Origin: Candidatus Shapirobacteria bacterium
GTDB taxonomy: Bacteria; Patescibacteriota; Microgenomatia; PFEM01; JAPLYW01
Length of the DNA: 38,281 nt
NCBI GenBank assembly: GCA_026395335.1
Contig: JAPLYW010000025.1
Location: 1 to 38,281 of the forward strand
Reading direction: 5' to 3'
Numbering within the stretch: the first letter of the stretch is position 1; each line of letters begins with the position of its first letter. Positions 33,845-38,281 of this stretch are shown here, in pieces. Below the pieces are notes generated by a model. It worked only from the letters and a program-made list of their open reading frames with translations, did no database searches and had not been told where the DNA came from. Made by a program: the position numbers and the translations under genes.

Positions 33845-34587
33845 ATAATCGTAAAGGATTTACTTTAATAGAACTTCTTATTGCTGTAGCCATTATTGGT
33901 ATTTTAATCTTAGCTACCTTAAGCCTTTATCGTTTACAATTGCTTAAGGGTCGGGATGCTCGGAGGAAAGCGGATTTGGTTAAGATACAGAAAGTCCTTG
34001 AGGATTATTTAAACGATCATATTTGTTATCCGGAAAGTTTAGAATGTGGTTCTGATTTTTCTCCTTACCTTTCTTCAGTTCCTTGTGATCCGGTTAATGT
34101 TAATAATAATATTTATTTTTATTCTATTTCTCAAGATACTAATTGTAAAAAATGGTATAAAATTTTTACCACGTTAGAATATGATAAAGATCCGATAATC
34201 AAAAAAATTGGTTGTACCCCAGAATTTTGCGGTCCTTACAATTATTTGGTTTCTAGTCCGAACGTTGAATCATTAAAACGTCAGTTGGGAGAAATTTATC
34301 CTTGGGGTGAACCATCACCAACACCAATACCAATTTTAGTACCGACTAATACGTCTGTACCGACAATAACCAATACACCTACTCCGACGTCAATATCAAC
34401 ACCAACTAATGTTCCAGCTCCAACCAGTATCCCGACTTTTGTTACTCCCTGCATTGGAGGTTGGTTTACCTGTATTGGTCAAGGTGGTCATTGTAATACA
34501 AGCTATGAAGGGGCGTCGGGAGCGGTTTGTAGCTCAACTTGTAATAATTGTAAAGCAATAAGTTGTAGTGATCCAACTTGTTATTAA
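33841..34587 (+). CDS. Type IV pilin-like protein with Pro/Thr-rich linker and C-terminal Cys-rich module
   Basis: MNNRKG|FTLIELLIAVAIIGILI, then a GspG-like helix (KGRDARRKADLVKIQKVLEDY), then PSPTPIPILVPTNTSVPTITNTPTPTSISTPTNVPAPTSIPTFVTP, then a 49-aa tail with 9 Cys. The ATG overlaps the pilD TGA (ATGA). Confidence 0.8.
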   Translation: MNNRKGFTLIELLIAVAIIGILILATLSLYRLQLLKGRDARRKADLVKIQKVLEDYLNDHICYPESLECGSDFSPYLSSVPCDPVNVNNNIYFYSISQDTNCKKWYKIFTTLEYDKDPIIKKIGCTPEFCGPYNYLVSSPNVESLKRQLGEIYPWGEPSPTPIPILVPTNTSVPTITNTPTPTSISTPTNVPAPTSIPTFVTPCIGGWFTCIGQGGHCNTSYEGASGAVCSSTCNNCKAISCSDPTCY

Positions 34588-34609
34588 CCCGTGTTACAAT
34601 AAAAATAAG

Positions 34610-35062
34610 ATGAAAGAAAAAAGAAATATCCAAAGAGGGTTCACCCTTGTCGAACTTTTAGTGGTGATGGCTATTCTAGGTTTATTAGCAACTATTGGTT
34701 TAGGAAGTTTTATGAGTACTCAAATTAAGGGTCGTGATAGTCAGAGGAAAAGTGATTTAGGCCAAATACAAAAAGCTTTAGAAATGTATTATAATGATTA
34801 TGGGCAATATCCTGACTCTTTACCGGCTGGTGGCAGCAGTTGGGAAGATACTAAAGGGACTTTATATATGAAGGCAATACCTGCAGACCCTAAATTTGGC
34901 AATTATGCTTATTCTTCTAATGGTTCTTCTTATCGTCTTTATGCCAGATTAGAAAATACTCAAGATTCTTGTTTTACCAATGGTCTTTGTAAAGATTATG
35001 GTCTTTTATGTGGAACTGCCAATTGTAATTATGCTATGTCTAGCCAGAATATAATGCCATAA
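34610..35062 (+). CDS. Type IV pilin-like protein (GspG-like fold)
   Basis: MKEKRNIQRG|FTLVELLVVMAILGLL, KGRDSQRKSDLGQIQKALEMYYND, and C-terminal YRLYARLEN. ATG 34610 is preferred over the track start 34568. Confidence 0.8.
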   Translation: MKEKRNIQRGFTLVELLVVMAILGLLATIGLGSFMSTQIKGRDSQRKSDLGQIQKALEMYYNDYGQYPDSLPAGGSSWEDTKGTLYMKAIPADPKFGNYAYSSNGSSYRLYARLENTQDSCFTNGLCKDYGLLCGTANCNYAMSSQNIMP

Positions 35063-35616
35063 TGAAAAAAACTAAAAAGAAAATTATCCATTTTTGGCAG
35101 AGGCAAGCGGGTTTTACTTTCGAAGAAAGGAAGACTCGAAGAGGGTTCACTCTGATAGAGCTTCTAGTGGTTATTTCTGTTATTGGTCTTTTAACCGCTT
35201 TAATTATGGTTAATTTTAATGCGGCTCGGGAAAGAGCCAGAGATGTACAACGCAAGTCTGATTTGGATCAGATTAAAAAATCTTTAAGAATGTATTATAA
35301 CGATGCTAATCTTTATCCAGAAGCCGCTAGCGGTAATAGGATTAAAGCTTGTGGTAATCCAACAACCACCACTTTTGAATGGGGAACAATGTCTTTTACT
35401 TGTAGCAGTATGGTTTACATGAAGCTTTTACCTCATGATCCATCATGGAAACAAGTTGGTGATAATGATTATAATTATACTCAAGCTGCTTCTGGCCAGG
35501 ATTTTTGTTTATGGATAGCTTTGGAAAATAGTTCTGATGGTGATTTAACTAATTCTCAAACACGTTGTTCTAGCTGTGGTCTTAATGGTGCTAATTACGT
35601 TGTTTGCGCAGATTAA
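35062..35616 (+). CDS. Type IV pilin-like protein with 28-aa leader containing a duplicated GFT motif
   Basis: MKKTKKKIIHFWQRQAGFTFEERKTRRG|FTLIELLVVISVIGLL, RARDVQRKSDLDQIKKSLRMYYND, and LWIALENS. Confidence 0.8.
   Translation: MKKTKKKIIHFWQRQAGFTFEERKTRRGFTLIELLVVISVIGLLTALIMVNFNAARERARDVQRKSDLDQIKKSLRMYYNDANLYPEAASGNRIKACGNPTTTTFEWGTMSFTCSSMVYMKLLPHDPSWKQVGDNDYNYTQAASGQDFCLWIALENSSDGDLTNSQTRCSSCGLNGANYVVCAD
35119..35140 (+). other. Leader-embedded hairpin, type A
   Basis: TTCGA (35119-35123) pairs with TCGAA (35136-35140) across the loop AGAAAGGAAGAC. The counterpart at 36141-36162 reads TTTGA...TCAAA. Confidence 0.55.
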
Positions 35617-35640
35617 AAGGGAGGTGAATAAAAATTTAAA

Positions 35641-36117
35641 ATGAAAAACTTAAAAAAAATGTTTACCCTGAGGATCCGCCAGCTAACGGAGACAAAGGGG
35701 TTCACTCTGATAGAGCTTTTAGTGGTTATTTCTATTATTGGTATTTTGGCCTCTTTAACATTAGTTAGTTATAGCGGGGCGCAAAAGCAAACCCGGGATA
35801 CCCAAAGAAGAAGTGATTTAAATCAATACCGGAATTCTTTGGAAAACTATGCCGGTTCCAATAACGGTCTTTATCCGCTTGGAATAAATACTATAGCTAA
35901 TCTTTGTGGTACTGGTAAACCTTTAACCACCAGTTATATTGCCAGTTGTCCGGCTGACCCAATTACAACTTATCTTTATGGTTTTTACTCGTCTTCTACA
36001 GGTGATGGTTATGTTATTTATGCTCAGTTAGAAACTGGCGGTTATTGGGAAGTCTGTTCAATCGGTAAATCCGGAAAAGTTACGGTTAAGCCGACTGATA
36101 GCAGCTGTGATTTATGA
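35641..36117 (+). CDS. Type IV pilin-like protein with 20-aa leader
   Basis: MKNLKKMFTLRIRQLTETKG|FTLIELLVVISIIGIL, QKQTRDTQRRSDLNQYRNSLENY, and VIYAQLETG. Confidence 0.8.
   Translation: MKNLKKMFTLRIRQLTETKGFTLIELLVVISIIGILASLTLVSYSGAQKQTRDTQRRSDLNQYRNSLENYAGSNNGLYPLGINTIANLCGTGKPLTTSYIASCPADPITTYLYGFYSSSTGDGYVIYAQLETGGYWEVCSIGKSGKVTVKPTDSSCDL
35675..35690. repeat. Degenerate copy of the 16-nt palindrome (TCCGCCAGCTAACGGA)
   Basis: Differs at 2 positions from TCCGCCAGCTGGCGGA and lies in the same leader context as 37486-37501. Confidence 0.8.
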
Positions 36118-36551
36118 AAAAGAAATTTAGTGGTTTTACTTTTGAAGAAAGGAAGACTCAAAGAGGATTCACCCTAATTGAATTACTGGTAACAATGACG
36201 ATTATGGCGATGTTGATGGGAATTGCTTTAGTTTCCTATCAGGGAGCCAGAAAGTCGGCGCGTGATGGGAAAAGAAAAACTGATTTAGAACAAATTCGTA
36301 GCGCTTTGGAAATGTGTAGGACCGATTCTGGCAGTTATCCGATTGGCAATTTGTCTTCAGGCGGTACGATTATCTGTAATACTAAAACGTATCTGACAAT
36401 TCCTGCTGATCCTTTAACTGATAGAATTTATTCTTATACTGGTACGGCTAATACTTATACGTTATGCGTTACGTTAGAAGTTAGCAGCGGAACAGTAATT
36501 GGTTGCGGTTCTTGTACTTTAAATTGCAATTATAAAACAGTAAACCCATAA
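36114..36551 (+). CDS. Type IV pilin-like protein with 18-aa leader containing a duplicated GFT motif
   Basis: MKKKFSGFTFEERKTQRG|FTLIELLVTMTIMAML, ARKSARDGKRKTDLEQIRSALEMC, and TLCVTLEVS. ATGA overlap with the upstream gene. Confidence 0.8.
   Translation: MKKKFSGFTFEERKTQRGFTLIELLVTMTIMAMLMGIALVSYQGARKSARDGKRKTDLEQIRSALEMCRTDSGSYPIGNLSSGGTIICNTKTYLTIPADPLTDRIYSYTGTANTYTLCVTLEVSSGTVIGCGSCTLNCNYKTVNP
36141..36162 (+). other. Leader-embedded hairpin, type A (second copy)
   Basis: TTTGA (36141-36145) pairs with TCAAA (36158-36162), with the same loop as at 35124-35135. Confidence 0.55.
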
Positions 36552-37024
36552 TGAAGAAAAACTGCCTAAAGTCTCCCGGCTTCACGCTTGTCGAACTTCT
36601 TATTGTTATGACTATTATTACTCTTCTTTTTGCTATTGGTGTAGTTCAATATAATCAATTTAATCGCAGGCAAGTTTTAACTAAAGCTAAAGACGAATTA
36701 ATTAGTAATTTAAGATTAATTCAGGGAAAATCTTTGGCTGGTGAAAAGCCAGAAAATTGTTTAGCAGAAACTCTAGAAGGTTTTAAATTAATTTTTGCTG
36801 ATAATCATCAAAATTATAAAATTGTTGTTGTTTGTAATGGAGAATTTGATGTTAAGACTTCTTTAGCTTTTCCAACGGGAGTGATTAAGCAATCAGGCCC
36901 AGATGAAATTTTTTTCAAGGTTTTAAGCCAGGGAACAGATATTAATGGTCAAGCAGAAATTATTTTATCCGGTTTTAATGAGACTAAAACGATTATTGTT
37001 ACCGGAACGGGAGAAATAAGATGA
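36551..37024 (+). CDS. Minor pilin-like protein (GspH/FimT-like)
   Basis: MKKNCLKSPG|FTLVELLIVMTIITLLFAIGV followed by a QYNQFNRRQVLTKAKDELISNLRLIQ helix typical of FimT/GspH-type pseudopilins. TAATG overlap with the upstream gene. Confidence 0.65.
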   Translation: MKKNCLKSPGFTLVELLIVMTIITLLFAIGVVQYNQFNRRQVLTKAKDELISNLRLIQGKSLAGEKPENCLAETLEGFKLIFADNHQNYKIVVVCNGEFDVKTSLAFPTGVIKQSGPDEIFFKVLSQGTDINGQAEIILSGFNETKTIIVTGTGEIR

Positions 37025-37036
37025 TAATTAAGCCAT

Positions 37037-37059
37037 CTTGTTTCTCGTAAGCTCGAAAT
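37037..37059 (+). repeat. Single member of the CTTGTTTC...GAAAT repeat family between two pilin genes
   Basis: CTTGTTTCTCGTAAGCTCGAAAT is nearly identical to the 33-bp unit at 6817-6849 (CTTGTTTCTCGTAAAACTCGAAAT) and ends 3 nt before ATG 37063. Confidence 0.85.
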
Positions 37060-37062
37060 TAA

Positions 37063-37452
37063 ATGAAAAAAATTTTCAATTTCGCCAATCGCGGCCAATC
37101 AATTATTGAAGTTGTTATCGCCTTAGCTATAGTAGCTATTGTTATCGTTGGTTTGGTAAAAGTGACAACAATTTCGATGAATAATGGCAGTTTTGCTCGT
37201 GACCAACAAACAGCCACTAAGTATGCTCAAGAAGGATTGGAAAATGCAAGAAAACTTAAGGAAGAAGATATCAATGTTTTTTGGAAGAAATCAGGGGTAG
37301 AAACAGAAATAATCGGTAAATTTGTTCGGCAAATAACTTACACTATTATAGAGGCTAATCAAACAATGAAAGTTGAAGTTTTGGTAACTTGGCAGGATAG
37401 CAAAGGAACCCATCAATCAAGCTTAGAAACATCTTTAACTAAATGGAAATAA
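37063..37452 (+). CDS. Minor pseudopilin-like protein with degenerate prepilin signal
   Basis: MKKIFNFANRG|QSIIEVVIALAIVAIVIVGLV. Gly at -1 and Glu at +5 are retained. Confidence 0.55.
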   Translation: MKKIFNFANRGQSIIEVVIALAIVAIVIVGLVKVTTISMNNGSFARDQQTATKYAQEGLENARKLKEEDINVFWKKSGVETEIIGKFVRQITYTIIEANQTMKVEVLVTWQDSKGTHQSSLETSLTKWK

Positions 37453-38015
37453 TGAAAAAACAAAATTCTGGTTTTACTCTGAGGATCCGCCAGCTGGCGG
37501 AGACGAAGGGTTTTACAATGATTGAGATTTTGGTGGTAATCGGGATTTTAGGAATAATTGCTGTGATTGGTTCTAATATGTTTTTTACAACCCTTAAAGC
37601 TTCCAACAAAACTAAAGTCTTAGCAACTGTTAAACAAAATGGCGATTATGCCCTTTCAGTTATGGGAAGAATGATCAGAGATTCTCAGAAAGTAATTACT
37701 AATTCCGAAACACCTAATAAAATATGCGAAATAGGAATGAATAAAATTAAGGTTAAAAGACTGGACGGTAGCGAGATAGAGTTTAGTTGTGATCAGGAAG
37801 GGACTGTAAATGGCAACATTGCTTCTAATTCTGCCCGTTTAACTAGCAGTGAAGTTAAAGTTGATAGTTGTTCATTTGATTGTAGCACTAAAGGTGAATT
37901 TTATCCTCAAAGCGTAGTTATTAGTTTTACTTTAAGTCAAGCTACTGTCACTACTCGTGTTGAAGAACAAGCTTTAGTTAATTTTAAAACTACCATAAGT
38001 GTGAGAAATTTTTAA
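37452..38015 (+). CDS. Minor pilin-like protein with duplicated GFT leader
   Basis: MKKQNSGFTLRIRQLAETKG|FTMIEILVVIGILGIIAV. ATG 37452 (TAATG overlap) is preferred over the track's ATG 37443. Confidence 0.7.
   Translation: MKKQNSGFTLRIRQLAETKGFTMIEILVVIGILGIIAVIGSNMFFTTLKASNKTKVLATVKQNGDYALSVMGRMIRDSQKVITNSETPNKICEIGMNKIKVKRLDGSEIEFSCDQEGTVNGNIASNSARLTSSEVKVDSCSFDCSTKGEFYPQSVVISFTLSQATVTTRVEEQALVNFKTTISVRNF
37486..37501. repeat. 16-nt perfect palindrome TCCGCCAGCTGGCGGA inside the pilin leader-coding region
   Basis: Identical to 6786-6801 in the intergenic repeat array. GC-rich in an AT-rich window. Confidence 0.95.
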
Positions 38016-38074
38016 TTATATTGCGACGATTCTTCCTCTAAACTATTGAATTAATTTTTTTTTGAAAAAAAATC

Positions 38075-38103
38075 TTGACATTACAAGCTTTTTATTCTTA
38101 AAT
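38075..38103 (+). promoter_or_regulatory. Candidate internal promoter (TTGACA-17-TTAAAT)
   Basis: Consensus TTGACA 38075-38080, 17-nt spacer, TTAAAT 38098-38103, then 8 nt to ATG 38112. Confidence 0.4.
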
Positions 38104-38111
38104 TAAACAAG

Positions 38112-38281
38112 ATGTTAAAAATTAATTTCTGTCCATTTACAAAGTCATCAGGCTCAAATTCCGGTCAGAGTCTTTTAATCATTTTACTAGTGACTGCAGT
38201 TATTTTAACTATCGGTTTAGCTGTTGCTTCTTATTCCATTACAGATATTAAAATTTCTCAACAAGAAGAAGAATCAGCTCG
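38112..38281 (+). CDS. PilX-N-like pilus assembly protein, 5' part only (runs off the window)
   Basis: My translation is MLKINFCPFTKSSGSNSGQSLLIILLVTAVILTIGLAVASYSITDIKISQQEEESAR. The G-Q-S-L-L plus hydrophobic helix followed by an S.QEEES.A segment resembles PilX N-terminal domains. This ORF is not in the supplied track because it is open-ended. Confidence 0.5.
   Translation, partial: MLKINFCPFTKSSGSNSGQSLLIILLVTAVILTIGLAVASYSITDIKISQQEEESA

Overview
AT-rich, very gene-dense bacterial chromosome segment with about 45 protein genes and one tRNA. It uses the standard code, since TAA, TAG and TGA all terminate good ORFs. Compact housekeeping genes, frequent ATGA/TAATG start-stop overlaps, shortened versions of conserved proteins and a large type IV pilus (T4P) locus with no pilMNOPQ or secretin gene in the window fit a Patescibacteria/CPR-like genome; that assignment is inference only. 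Layout: (i) 1-19.4 kb is housekeeping: ychF-rpsF-ssb-rpsR, S41 protease, rpmE-prfA, phosphohexomutase, hisS, two exported hypotheticals, a His-free MBL-fold protein plus dnaB, tRNA-Leu(CAA), efp, lgt, a DksA/TraR-like protein, a pseudouridine synthase, a Kef-type antiporter, tgt, an LCP-like protein, a TPR protein, yebC and a membrane protein. (ii) 19.4-20.4 kb is about 1 kb of non-coding, repeat-rich DNA directly upstream of a XerC/D-family tyrosine recombinase. (iii) 21.4-28.1 kb on the minus strand holds a hypothetical, a SIMPL protein, gyrA, gyrB and holB. (iv) 28.2-38.3 kb is a T4P locus: pilB-pilT-pilC, pilin, pilD, eight further prepilin-type genes and the 5' end of a PilX-like gene. 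No CRISPR array, transposase, rRNA or recognisable defence system was seen. Most interesting observations: (a) five of nine prepilin genes carry an in-frame, hairpin-containing module bracketed by duplicated G-F-T codons in the leader region, conserved at nucleotide level and showing one compensatory base-pair change; (b) a 16-nt GC-rich perfect palindrome is shared between a pilin leader and an unrelated intergenic repeat array; (c) a dispersed ATAAG..CTTGTTTC repeat family occurs in tandem arrays, including two perfect 141-bp copies next to the xer gene; (d) short relics of pilC's own 5' and 3' ends flank pilC; (e) a recurrent TTGnnn-17-TAnAAT promoter lies only 5-10 nt before start codons, suggesting leaderless mRNAs; (f) the RF1 lacks its N-terminal domain.
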